A DNA stretch of 64,000 nt, taken from NCBI GenBank assembly GCA_030704615.1, contig CM060733.1, positions 18,848,001-18,912,000 on the forward strand, read 5' to 3'. A program made the position numbers and the translations under genes. Position 1 is the stretch's first letter. The number at the start of each line of letters is the position of its first letter. This DNA comes from Takakia lepidozioides (lineage: Eukaryota; Plantae; Bryophyta). Below, in pieces: positions 48,901 to 64,000 of the stretch. Below the pieces are notes generated by a model that made no database searches, had not been told where the DNA came from, and worked only from the letters and a program-made list of their open reading frames with translations.

Positions 48901-51900
48901 TCGTCTTGTGAAATCGGGCTCCTTGGGTCTTCTGAGGCTCCAGGGGAAGTACTCAGCGAGAATACCCTGGTGCCCCACTGTATCAGCCATATAAAACATG
49001 CCCACCTCCTCACAGGAGCCAATAGTGAAGTTGCAATCTTCCATTATCGCAAATTTGTTGGTGATAATTGACCATACAATCATCTAACACAATGAATTGA
49101 AGTAACCTGTGTCAGCACAGCTTTGATCATCATACCAAAGCATTTTTCCCTTTCTGCCAAAGGAGAAAAAAGCATTGTCAAATCGATAGTGATGTTCTAC
49201 GTGGGTGATGATGTTTAGTGCAAGCATCTGGAATTGGACTTAGAGAAGGCGATAGGGGCAGGCGAAGCTGTGCACCAGCAGTTGTTAGCAGTGACTTATG
49301 AGAAGGATGCTGTCATCGTGGACCTGGAACGAGCCTTGCGGAGACTCGAGTGAGTTATAAAGTATAGATTGACTTAACATATTTATCACCAAACAGATCA
49401 AGAAAACAAGGGAATTGTGACCGCATTTAAAGATTTGTTGAAACATGTTGGATGGACTGTTGATCGAAATTATGTCTTGGAATGACTAATCCCCAACTAT
49501 AACACTGAGAAGTATACTCGGACAAGTCCTCTCTGTGTAGAGGACCACTTAAACTATGTTGCATGAGAATAGGGACAAGACGTGAGTTGAAATGGACTAC
49601 ATTATCATCTGCAATGATCTACTGGTAAACTTTTAAAATGTGCATGTGAAATAGAAATAGAGATTGACAGATGCAATGGGACTACAGGGAGGAAATGTAC
49701 GCTGTTCAAGAAACCTGCAAAGCGACAGAAAAGGATTGGGAACTTGAACAAAAAAAAATTCAAGCCAGCATTGAAAGCAATGACAGGTTTGCTCTGCTGC
49801 TGGCCTGCTCTATTGGAGACCTTCGCATCACAAATTTTTTAGTAAGGCAATTAATGGAGAGAATTGCAAATCAATAGTTCGCCATTTCATAGTTCATGTC
49901 TTTCCAGGGGCATGAGGAGCCGTGAATTCCTTCAAAGCTCGAAGCTATTTGGAATGAAGATGGTGGTGGCAGTACTGTTATATTATCATTAGTATAGCAC
50001 TGGTGGTACTGTCATACCTTTTAATCGTTGTTCTACTGAGTTCAAGCCATTGTAGTGCTGCCTTTGGAGCAGTTCAAGCCTCACAGATCAATTACTGTTG
50101 CTAGAGCTCTATGGCTATCCTGCAGTACCTTTCCTCTCAACTGCGAGGAGCTATATCCTACAGAGTCTCCAGCCACAAGGCCAATACTGTGAGAAAGCCT
50201 ATGGTGACAGGCAGAATAAGCAGATGGAGCGCATGAAGGAGGAAACAGGTTGTAGAATAAGGGAAGAATTAGAGCTACGCATAAGGCAGCTGCAACGTGA
50301 GAAGGATGAATCAGAGCATCGGTGTAAGGAGGAATCAGAGCTACGCATGAAGGAGGTCTTTATGGAGATGCGTTTTGAAGAGGAACAGCAGCGCGAGTTG
50401 CGAAGGACTCTAGAAGGGGAGGCAGCTGACCTGCGGGCAATGCTGGCAGCAATGGAGCAAGCCAGCACTGATGCAGAGCTCCGGCACACAGAGTGTACGA
50501 AAGTCCTCACCAAGGTTCTTGCCATATACAGATTATCCCCTCACTTTCCTTTTTTGGATATAATGTGGAAAGTCGGCAGCATCGCGCAACTTAACTCCGT
50601 GACCTCTGAATGCTTCTGTGTGGCATCAAAATTCATTGTTGGAGACTACAGATTCTAGCAAGGGTCTAATGCCAATCAGTGGTTTGTATGTGTAGGAGTG
50701 TGAGGCATTGCGGAACGAACTGGGGGATGTGAAGAGCAGATACATAGATGCCACCAACACTTTGGCAGTATCCCTGAAGGAAAATGCAGAGCTGGTAACT
50801 GAAATTGATGGTCTTCATGCACAGCTAAATGATATACTCACCAAAAATCATGAGGCTTTCAGTCAGATAGCAGAGTACAGGTCACTTCCTACTCACTGAG
50901 TCCTCTTTCAATACCCATGGCTTTAGCTAAATTCTTGGTCGCCTGCAACAGCAGCAGGAAAGCCAGAGCCCAAAATGCAATCACAGGCACATTTGTGTGC
51001 TTTTTCAATTTAGACCATTGCTTGGAAAGTGACATCTTTCTGTGCTCTCTGTTCTCACAATACTGCCCTGTCTCAAACAGTGTGGCTAAGAACATATGTA
51101 AAGCATTGGATGTTCAAAGTGATATCTGTTGTTTCTAGCAACCGAACCCTACTTCAAAGGTTGACAACACTAATGGTGAGAAGCTCACTGCTCTACCATG
51201 TCTTGTGAACCAGGAAGACACAGGATGAGTATGAAAAGCAGGTACAGCATTTGAAAGCTGAAGTTCGTGAGCTGAAAACATTGCACGAAAGAGAACACCT
51301 TGATGATACACGTCGCTTGGAGGATGCCAAGGTTTTGGACACCCTCTCTACTCCCCTCCCCTTCAGCACAGTACCTAGACACCATCATGCACCTGAGATT
51401 CAAAAACTGGTTTCCCTGGTCTTTCCTTAAGTCCTGGCTTTTCAACAAAAGAAGCATGCACCATTGAGGTTTGAATAGTGAATGACTTCTTGATCCTGAA
51501 CAAACCACTCTTAGAGTCTTAGGATCTTTCAAGTTTCAACCCCACCTCCTTAAAAAAGCAGAGTACACCATGTTCCAGGTTGGCCTGCTGCCTTCATGCA
51601 TAAAAGTGAATCCTCGACCCATGGAAAATGAGCAGTCATTTGCATGGGTCCAAGTCTCCTAACATGTGAAGCAATGCACAGTGGCCACACTGCTCTTGAA
51701 CACTTGCCTGTGTTAAAAGGATTCAATTGTACAGTGCATGTAGTTCAGGAAAGTAAGTTGTCTTCCTGCAATATATGGACCTGCATAATAAGACCATTGG
51801 AAAGTCTGAACAAAAGAGATTCAACGATGGTGGGAGGGCAGCGGAACTGGGAAGCTGAGAAGGAAGCAATAATGCGGAGGGTCGCAAAGGTGGCAGAAGT

Positions 51901-53961
51901 GCAGAGAAGGGAGCTTTGCCATAAAAACCATTCCTTGAAAAAAGTAAGTGCCAGTGCCTGCTGTGTTGTCCATTTAGTCAGTCCAGCTCTGACAGCCTAT
52001 CATGCAAAACAACCTTGGATGCAAGTTGGCTTTTCAACTGGGTGGCAAAGGTTAACATGCAGATTGAAGAGACAAATGTGGAGATATTTGGTGTCCTGAG
52101 TGGGTATGGGTAGTCTTCAAATTAGGAGAGAAGGCCTCACCATGTTACTCACAAGGAATAAATGTCACCAAACCTGTACCTATGAACACCCCAGGTTATA
52201 ACAGAGGATATGTGAACATCAACCATGAATCCCAGTGTCATCATATCTCCTCAACGCGCTTGGATCACGATTGAAGTTCATTAGCAATCTCACATTGGCA
52301 AACGAGCTACATGAGCAGGTCCTAACTAGAGCTAAGATATTCTCCTTCCTCATATATTGCCCTGACCAGACCATTAAATAACATGGAATACAACGTGCAA
52401 GGGCTATGGTCCCCATAATACTTGACTTCAAATGCTGGGACAAAGATTCCTGCTTACACTGGCCCAGCACCTCATATGTAGCCAGATCTAGGCATTTGAC
52501 CAGATGAGTAACTCTGTCAGAGGACATGGACCATGTGCAGTACTCACTATGTCCCGAATGGCAGAGTCGCAAAAAGAGGACTCCTTATCCTGGATTGATT
52601 GACCATCATACATTCAATGAGGATCTTTGCATCCCTCTTTGTTGATGTTCTGCAGAAACTGAAGGACGACGCCAAGCTATTGGCAAGTATGACCATTGAT
52701 CATAACCACCTCTTACTTCGCCAACGGGAGATTGAAGCCCAACTCAGCCTGGCTCAAACCACTACGATGGTAGGCCGTCTGTGAGCTCTTCAGATTTGTC
52801 ATGATGCCGGTGGTATACCTTCCACCACGTTACTACACTGAAGGTCAGAAATATTTGAACCCAAGGAATGTATACTACAATGCAGAGCATGATAATGAAA
52901 GAAAGGAGTCAAGTATGACATGATCATTGACATTACCTGTGACTATCATACCCTTCAATCCCCACAGGATATCTCTCAGGGGCCAGCCATGGGTTTCAAG
53001 CCGACATCGCTCCTGTGCTCATGCACAGCTTAAGACAATGGGGGGGTTGCAGGGCTGGCTTGACAAAGTCAAACGGAGGGGGAGATACAAAGCCAGGGAG
53101 GTGAAGAGTCAAAACGATGAATTAGAATCTCTTGGGTACATGACAAAAGACAATGTGCTGATTTTGCAGCATGAAAACTAGCCGCTTTTCAACAGCTGAG
53201 CATTTCTAGGTTTTAACCTTGTGTGTTTGGGGAGATGGGGAATATACTCAATGTGTAGTGGGAGGGTTTTACTGGACAGTAGGTTGCCCACAGATTGTGG
53301 ACAGCCTCATCATTGCAAATTTTCCCAACCATCAATATAAGCTGTGCAGCCAAGGCTCTTGTTATCAAACAGCTTATTGGGGACTTACCAAGAAAAGGCC
53401 CTTATTCGTTCTCAAGGACAGAATTTGTGTCAGTATCTGTGCTAAATGGTTCAGTGTAGTTGAAATCTCTACTATGTTATCAAGCTGTGATAAAAATAGC
53501 TGGTAGAATTGACAGGATCTAACAGGTTTGTCCGTATACACGTCTCCAGAGTAGTTGTCTGTAAAATAAGTGCAATAAGGACGGGCCTGCTGCAGGTCCA
53601 TGTATCAACTCCAACAGGCTTGTTGACTCCAAGGTTTACTAGAGTATTTGGGCGAAACAATACGAATACTGCATGGTTGAAGGCAGAAATGGCACAGTTG
53701 AAAAAACGGCAATCCCACTATCCTCCTTTTCAAGTGGACAGAGGTGAAGAAAGGTTGAACATTCCACAGTTGGAACAGCAGCAGTCCCATCATCCTCCTT
53801 ATCAAAGAGATGAATCTGATATAAGTGAAGAGAAATTGAAGGGTACGCGGTTCGAAAAGCGGCAGTCCCAGTACCTTCCTAGACAAAGAGACATGCCAGA
53901 GAAAGTTGATGGAGAGGAAAGAAAGGGTGAAGAGATTATTGGTAGTGTCACAACAACATAA
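45949..53961 (+). CDS. Multi-exon long coiled-coil protein of unknown function; exon structure approximate
   Basis: Short GT-AG-bounded exons are rich in E/K/L/Q/R heptads (e.g. 46720-46797, 47733-47835, 48224-48347, 49655-49785, 50162-50513, 50696-50879, 52655-52768). The last exon has three Q-L-x-K/Q-x-Q-S-H-x-P-P-x-Q-like repeats. Confidence 0.65.
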
Positions 53962-55367
53962 CGCATGTAAGACCTAGGGTAAGTTGAATGTTGGAGCTCA
54001 TTACTTGATTTGCAATGCTATATATTACATTCCCAGCTATCTCTAAAAGCACATCCCCTCAGGTTGAAAACTAGTGCTCAACAAGCTCACTGCAGTGCTC
54101 AGGGTTGCCAAGTAGGGTAAAACACACACCATAAATAGTAAGGCTTCCAATGTCTTGTAATGCTAGTAAAGATACTTCTAGTATACATTCATGTACACTT
54201 CCATACGGTTGTGTAACTTGACAATCAGTAAGAAAGGCATTCTTAGGGGTGTCCTTGCATTTCTGGGAAGTATCCACTCTGTCTAGGCACCCGGGATAGA
54301 GTCCATTTCCCTTACTTAGGTGGTGTGCAAATACATTGACATGGCAGAACCAGGTCCAACCTGCACATGTGAATTGGCTAAGCATCTTCCATAGAAGTCT
54401 GACCACTCTATCTCACCTAAAATGTCATTACCAATGTACTTTCATGCCAGAGCAGGGCTGAACCGTGAGTGCCACTCAAGGCACTTGTCAGTCTGCAAAT
54501 GCAAAGAGGTTCTTTGCGCACAATGCTGAGCTTCGATCTTTTTCCCCAATTACTCCTCAGTAGTATACCCTGATGATCTATCAATAAAAGCGAGTGTCAA
54601 CAGCTAGATGTGAAAACACAACCATGCAGTCATACACGCCACTAAAAACTATACATGTTCTAAAACATTCTCCTCCGAAAGAACATTGCCAACCTTAGGA
54701 GGCACTAACCTCAAGCTGAAAGACTGCTTGAGCTTTGACACCAGTGGGAGGGCACCTGGTTGTGGAGATGACAGAACTAATAATCTTGTGGTGCAAAGTA
54801 CATGTAAGCCCATTCCATAGGACTCACAGTGTGCCAAATTAAGAAGACATCTCAAGCTCGAGAACTTTAAGGTCCAAAAACTAATTATGTTTGCAAGTTT
54901 ACATCCAAATACAGATGTAATCAAGGCTTGCCAACAACGACCGAGAATTGCAGCAAGGCAGCAACCCTAAGCATGTGAAACTTACATTTCTCGCACACAG
55001 AAGACAGCCTGAAGCCATCAATTCCTCTAGCTCAATCACATTGATGATAGAAAGCCGAAACCAACCGAGAAGAGTAGCAAAGATTGCCCCTGCTGATTAT
55101 CCAATATGTGATCCAATTCAACTCTCAAACACTCAAAGAGATCTGCCACATTTGAGCCAAACGGCACCAAATTCTCAGCTGCCAGCCACATTGTGCTACT
55201 TACGGGGCAGCCTCAGTGCAAGACTTCTGGACACTGGACATAGTCCTTCAAGTACTGACATTAGCTAAAAATGAGTGAATGATCCAATGAATCGCACTTC
55301 CAATCGTCCACCCCTAAGATCAAGCCCAATCTATAATACCAGTAGCACAGAGGAGAGGCAGCATAGA

Positions 55368-55616
55368 TCAGAGTGGAGCAGGCTGCGTAAGCGGCTCGTG
55401 AACAGTTTGCGCCTTCTTCACACGCTCTAGAAACAATTCGTACTCACACTTCTCGTAGCTATGGCGCTCATCCTCGCACTTCCAAGGCAGGTAAAAAGAC
55501 TTCACCCTGCACTTGTTCAAAGGAATCAACAGCTTTGAACACGCATCTCTTGATCCCATAGACAACCTCGCCTCCATCATATCTTCCTGTGAAGCACAAT
55601 TACTCCGACGCTCCAT
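55368..55616 (-). CDS. NDUFB7: Complex I subunit NDUFB7 (B18), intronless; start codon uncertain
   Basis: SQEDMMEARL..GSRDACSKLLIPLNKCR..FYLPWKCEDERHSYEKCEYE (twin CX9C). Confidence 0.88.
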   Translation of the reverse strand: MERRSNCASQEDMMEARLSMGSRDACSKLLIPLNKCRVKSFYLPWKCEDERHSYEKCEYELFLERVKKAQTVHEPLTQPAPL

Positions 55617-55689
55617 CGCACGATCCTTCCACTCGTCCCCCTTCTTCACCTCCACCTCCACCTTCACCTTCTGAGGAGACTTCACTCAT

Positions 55690-55985
55690 CCACTGTTTCC
55701 CATACACTTGCTTCATAGAAATAATTTAATTACTTTCATCAGTCTGAAAAGCCAGATTAGGGTTTAGGTCGTCACTACTCACTACTTGGGAGTATTCTAC
55801 CACGCCCGTCCTTCCTTCTCTGTTGGTTCAGTCATACGTTGGGCTTGTTGTGGAGGGTGTTTGCTTGAATCCGGCCCCTGTCTTGGTCAGCTTCTGGCAT
55901 CACCTTAGTTGATGCTTGAAACTGTCATCTTTGTGGTGAGTGGGTTTGGTCATTTGAGTGTGGACTCTTGACTGTTTTCTCAGGT
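55690..55985. promoter_or_regulatory. Putative bidirectional promoter between NDUFB7 and uL23m
   Basis: Short head-to-head interval with a telo-box TAGGGTTT (55758) and a site II TGGGCT (~55840). Confidence 0.5.
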
Positions 55986-56040
55986 GCAGTTCCTGCTTCC
56001 ATTGCACTCGGTGTTCTCGGCGGTGTCGCAAGCATTTAGA

Positions 56041-57373
56041 ATGTCAAAGAAATTGGGAAGGATCATCCATTTTGCGAATTTGCCGTTGCGGCTGCTTCTA
56101 CCCAGTTCCAGAGAGAATATCACGGAAGTGGCTTTCAAGACTGTCCCAAGTGCCTCTAAGGTGTGTTCCCCTTGGTGTCATACCTTATGTCGCACGAATT
56201 CGAGCAAGGTCTATATGCCTGAGTTGTCTGCCTGCATCATCCCTAGTCAGGTTCGCATGTTTAAATGCTAACTTAGTGTGAAGTACACGAAATGTTTGCC
56301 ATGCTCGCTTCACCCTGCTTATGCCTGAGCTGGTCGGTGGTAAGACCACACTTGTGCTCCTTTACAGTAGTTTCTAAGCAGTGCCTGGGGTATAACATAC
56401 TCTTGACAGTCGCAGTTTTAATAGGGTTTCAACACAGAATTCAACCCTTAAGCACAGCTGACTTCAATCCTGTATCAGGGTTGATGGCGTGTTGACTTGG
56501 ACCTGTTGTTCATGTCATGTTAGCAGACATGAAATTAATTCATTGACTGCTACCATTTATCACAAGGTGAAGAATCGCCGCGCACCACAGCCAGTCAAAC
56601 TATGTGGAAAATGGGCAGACCTCCTAGGGAAAGAGGGGATCCAAAGGAGGCAATTATGTGGGGGTTACATTTTACACTTCTTTTATTTTTCTCCCGACAC
56701 AGTTGGAGAGTGACGATATCAGAAGGAACCAAAAAAGAAATTAGAATGGATCATACACAAGGCAATTACTGTATATGCAGGCTGAGCATATCCTTTTTTT
56801 CTTTTGGTTTAGATCTTTTGATCCTTTCGTCAGTTGTTGCAAGCAGATCTGCACCACGGCCGTAGGGACCTCCACCATAGCAACCACTCTTCAAGCCGAG
56901 TGCAGTTTGATATGCTTGGATGACTTAACCTGCTTAGCATTCCAGCCCTGGTATCTGTGAAGTCCTTTGATAACCCTACCTTCTGCTCCCTGGTTCTCTT
57001 CTCGCAGAGGGGGGAAGAAAGTAAGTACTTCTCTTACATGACTAAAAATTGAAGATACACTTTCATCGTCAGTCTCATGCAGTTTTGCTGTTCATCTAAC
57101 AGTTTTGTGGGGTTGCAGATAGAGATAAAGAGAGTGCTGGAGGCGGTCTATGGACTGCAAGTAGCCAAAGTGAATACACTGAACATGGAGGGCAAGAAGA
57201 AGCGCAATAGGGGCCATACGACATACTATCGCAGGCCTGACTACAAGAAAGCTTATGTCACTCTCAAGCACCCCTTGTCATTGCCTGCTGATCTTTTCCC
57301 ATTGAATGCCATGGAGGGAAATTCACCACCAGACAAGCAAAAGGAACAAGCTTCATCGGCCCGCAAAAAATAG
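56041..57373 (+). CDS. RPL23: Mitochondrial ribosomal protein uL23, exons 56041-56160 and 57119-57373
   Basis: LGRIIHFANLPLRLL..FKTVPSASK|IEIKRVLEAVYG..VNTLNMEGKKK..DYKKAYVTL. Confidence 0.9.
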
Positions 57374-59256
57374 ACACTGCCACCTTCTTCATCATAGCAG
57401 CTCTCTGCCTGTACCCGGTACTTGGTTTTCCAAGCTAGCCAATTGAGACTGGTCGGTGTAGCATTTCTTGATGCCAAGCTTTGCCAGCGTCGGTTCTTGA
57501 CAGAAGAGCTACAACCTCCGTGGACTGTTCTTCCTCGCCGCTGGAGAAAGTCCTACAGCTGATGAATCAGGAGTACCTTCCTTCCAGCAAACATGTTCAT
57601 TGTAGCCTTGCTGGTCTGTTGTGATATTGTCTATCTCATTGTCTTTCTCGCCACAGAAACGTGAGTTGAGAGTTTACTAGGCTCTCACATTAATGTATGA
57701 TGTTGAGCAGTGGAAGGAGCATCAACTACCAGAGAACATCGAACCTTGTATGCACGTCAATGTCTGATAGCCAAGTAACTATTCTTGCCAATAATGCAGA
57801 CGGTGTACAGGAGAGATGGAGTTTTGATGTAGCGAATCTGATATATTCTTGACTTGGACATTTTTCCCAGTCGAGACTTTTACTTCCTATTTCATTGCCA
57901 AGGCCCATTCACCTATAAATGCAGAAATCAACATCTCATCACTTGTAAGATAAGAGTGCTGGTTGTGATTTGATCAGAGTGTGGAGAGGTAAATGCTGTT
58001 GAAGTTGAGGGATCATTCAAGCATATAACCTTAGCATAAAACCTTGCAAAGGAATCCCCCATCACTGAGGGCAGCCAAATGTAGTGGTGCTGTTTTGTGC
58101 TTACAAAAGCAGCAGCAGGTGGACTTTTTCTATTCTAGAATGAAATCTTCACTCCGACCAAGACTGACACATGTGTGTCCAGGCTGTGCTCAGAGAAGAT
58201 AATGTCGCCACATGTCTGATTAGAATTGCAGTGTGCATATCTCGCAACTTTGCAAAGCCGCAAGCGCCTCCTCCGGATCCTTTCTCTGCCGACTGCACTT
58301 TCCACGGTTGGGCAGCCATGGAGTGGCAACGCTTTTTTAGAACAAAGCAATGAGCTCTCTCTTTTTGGCAACATAGAGGGGAGGTGAGAGTAAGGGGCAT
58401 GACTCAGCACAACACACCAATCGGAGCCTTGACACGGTGTAAGGTCCTTTGACCACATTTTCTCCATTGCCTTAAACATGTTGCATAGTCTCTCTTCTGC
58501 AGAAGAGAGCCAATAAAGAAGTGTGAAGGGCTGCCAATCTGAGCCTTAAGAGAGGAATATCCATAACGGTGTTGGGAGAATCCGTGAGCTGCCCGCTTTG
58601 CTTTTGAATACACATTGCAGTGAATTGTGCGACAGAACGGATGGATGGGCATGTGAGGCATAGCCACAGCAGGAGACAGAGCAAGGGTGGCCTTTCAATG
58701 CTCATCGCTCATATCTATGGTCCTCCTTTCTTCTCCTTTCAAGGAATTACGGGCCTGCAGCCATTTGAAGACGTGACAGAAAAACCTTCCCTACTTGATC
58801 GGATCATCGTCATCGTCATCGTCAACAAGTTTAGCCTCCAAAAGTGGCCACGACAAGGAAAGCAGCTCGCATATTAGCAACCATTCAGGCTGGCATCGTC
58901 TCATTGTTCTCTCATCTTCTTCTTTGGGTGATTCTTCGTGTCCGAGAAACTGTGGGTAATGCTGAATGTAAGAGTACCAGCAATTCAATACGACCCAAGA
59001 TAAAAAGAAGCAAAGAATATGATGGAATCTTGAATGCATCCTGATTAGGAGCAGTAACAGAGTGTTATACAAGGTGAAAAGTGTTAAGAGACAAGGAAGG
59101 GATAGCAGACGGCAATAGGGTCATCTTCCTTCTCCAGGAAGAGTGGTGGTGTGTGGTGGGTGCTGCTCTGCAAGTTGTAGCCTGGCCTTTATCCTTGCCC
59201 CTCTACCTCCCGGCACTTTCCTGTTGTGTGCCTCAAGCTGGGCCGGTGAAGAAGCT

Positions 59257-62685
<3,429 letters not shown>

Positions 62686-63785
62686 TGGTCTAACATAGTT
62701 TCTAGTGTTTAGATCGTCGTCTTCTCATTTTATAGCTGGCAACCTCTATCTCAAGCTGCCTGCACGCCATTCTTGTTCCACTGTTTTGGTAAACCATTCC
62801 ACCTTTACGAGTTGTAACAAAATTGCGAGGTTGACAACTTTGCTGGTGATCAGTTGCCAACAATTTAGAGAGGGTTAAAGGCTCTACATTGATCGTAGCA
62901 TGGCCATTCATCTGGCAAAGCCATTATGTAAATTTCTCAAATTGTCAAGATGTGGCCTTTTTACGGCAATAACATGCGAAATCGGTTGGGCTATGAAGCA
63001 AATGCTCGCCATCACTTCTGGGACTTGGGCGCTTTAAGTCCTATCTTTTTGAGCCAGTTCAAGAGGATTGCTAAAAGTACTTGGAGGCCAGTGATGGGCA
63101 TACCTAAGGTTGTGGTGACTGAATTGAATACTCAGGCCCCAGAACAGCATGCTCAACTTACCCAGCAGGAAGAGAGGCCAAGGAATGCAATGGTAGTTCT
63201 TGACCTTGTAGAGATCAATTTTATGCATCTGTTGTCAGACATTTTGTAGGGTGTTGGCATTTCTACTGCCTCATCGATGTTGCCACCCGCATTTCGGCGA
63301 TCTCTCAAACTTAAGTTTGCACTCACTTTGGTGCTCTCACTTCTGTGCTGGAGGAAGTAACAGACTAGAGAGACTCTCTCTTAGCCCCCTCCTTCGGAAA
63401 TCAGTGTCTTAACTGATCCAGTTTCAAAACTAGTGCTGCATATCAACAACCTGGTTTTCCCCCGAGTCCAATTCTTCCCCTCAACTCTATATCTATGACG
63501 AAACGCCCAGCGCCTTGAAGCGTTTTGCAATTCGTGTTCTTTTCATAAGAAACGAAGGAATTCGCATCTGAATCTCGCAAGCCACGCATCCGTGTATTTC
63601 AGGCTGCAAAATCTGCATGTCTTACCTCACAAAATAGCATGTGCAGCATTCTTGTAAACTTCAACATCTCCATAACCCTGAGAGAATGAACAGACCATGA
63701 AGCAGCGTTCACACAAGCGCGAAAGACTAATAAAACACACTCTACATCTCAGTGCCAGGCCACACGCTCCTACCACCGTTCAGCT

Positions 63786-63840
63786 CATGCCTTCCGCTTG
63801 AAAGCTCTAGTAAACCTCCTCCTCAACCCTTGCCCACTCT
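63786..63840 (-). other. Possible terminal exon of a gene lying beyond the window end
   Basis: An acceptor-like ctgtag is followed by SGQGLRRRFTRAFKRKA*, with GTAAG at the window edge. Confidence 0.2.
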
Positions 63841-64000
63841 ACAGCGCGGAGGTGCAGTTCCATAGAGATAACTAGCGCTATCTACTCGAAACTCCAGTCA
63901 AGGAACTGTTTTTTATCAACGGTGGTGGATATCATGTTGGGAGTTGCTGGAGTGAAGATGCCCCCAAATCAAATTCACTTCCACTGAACTGCAGGCTTAC

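Noticed and set aside
58135-59072. Secreted-peptide-like minus-strand ORFs
   Set aside because: Short, no recognisable motif or splice support; this is the GAPA upstream region.

Overview
Nuclear DNA from a land plant. The PLS-PPR style and gene set suggest a bryophyte or other seed-free lineage, but this is inference. Apparently intact genes: plastid HSP90 (HSP90-5/HSP90C, first exon not located), a 3-exon bacterial-looking GT2 glycosyltransferase with a pseudogenised tandem copy, a multi-exon unknown coiled-coil gene, NDUFB7 head-to-head with mitoribosomal uL23, and GAPA. Between them lie two accessory zones. Zone 1 (10.9-23.5 kb) holds a degraded pogo/Fot1-type transposon and a hAT MITE with a perfect 8-bp TSD. 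It also holds the top finding: a ~7-kb element with ~290-bp GC-rich terminal inverted repeats and a 9-bp target duplication (Pack-MULE-like), whose cargo is two convergent PLS-PPR/DYW RNA-editing-factor genes. Zone 2 (33.8-44.7 kb) is a mosaic of gene fragments (plastid Hsp70, PPR, anthranilate synthase beta, ClpB, LOS4/DBP5) with a segmental duplication. An RTEX-like LINE family recurs at least five times, each time with its 3' end against a (GA/TC)-type tract and no poly(A). The duplication provides a filled/empty site pair for it. All coordinates were read by eye and may be off by a few bases.
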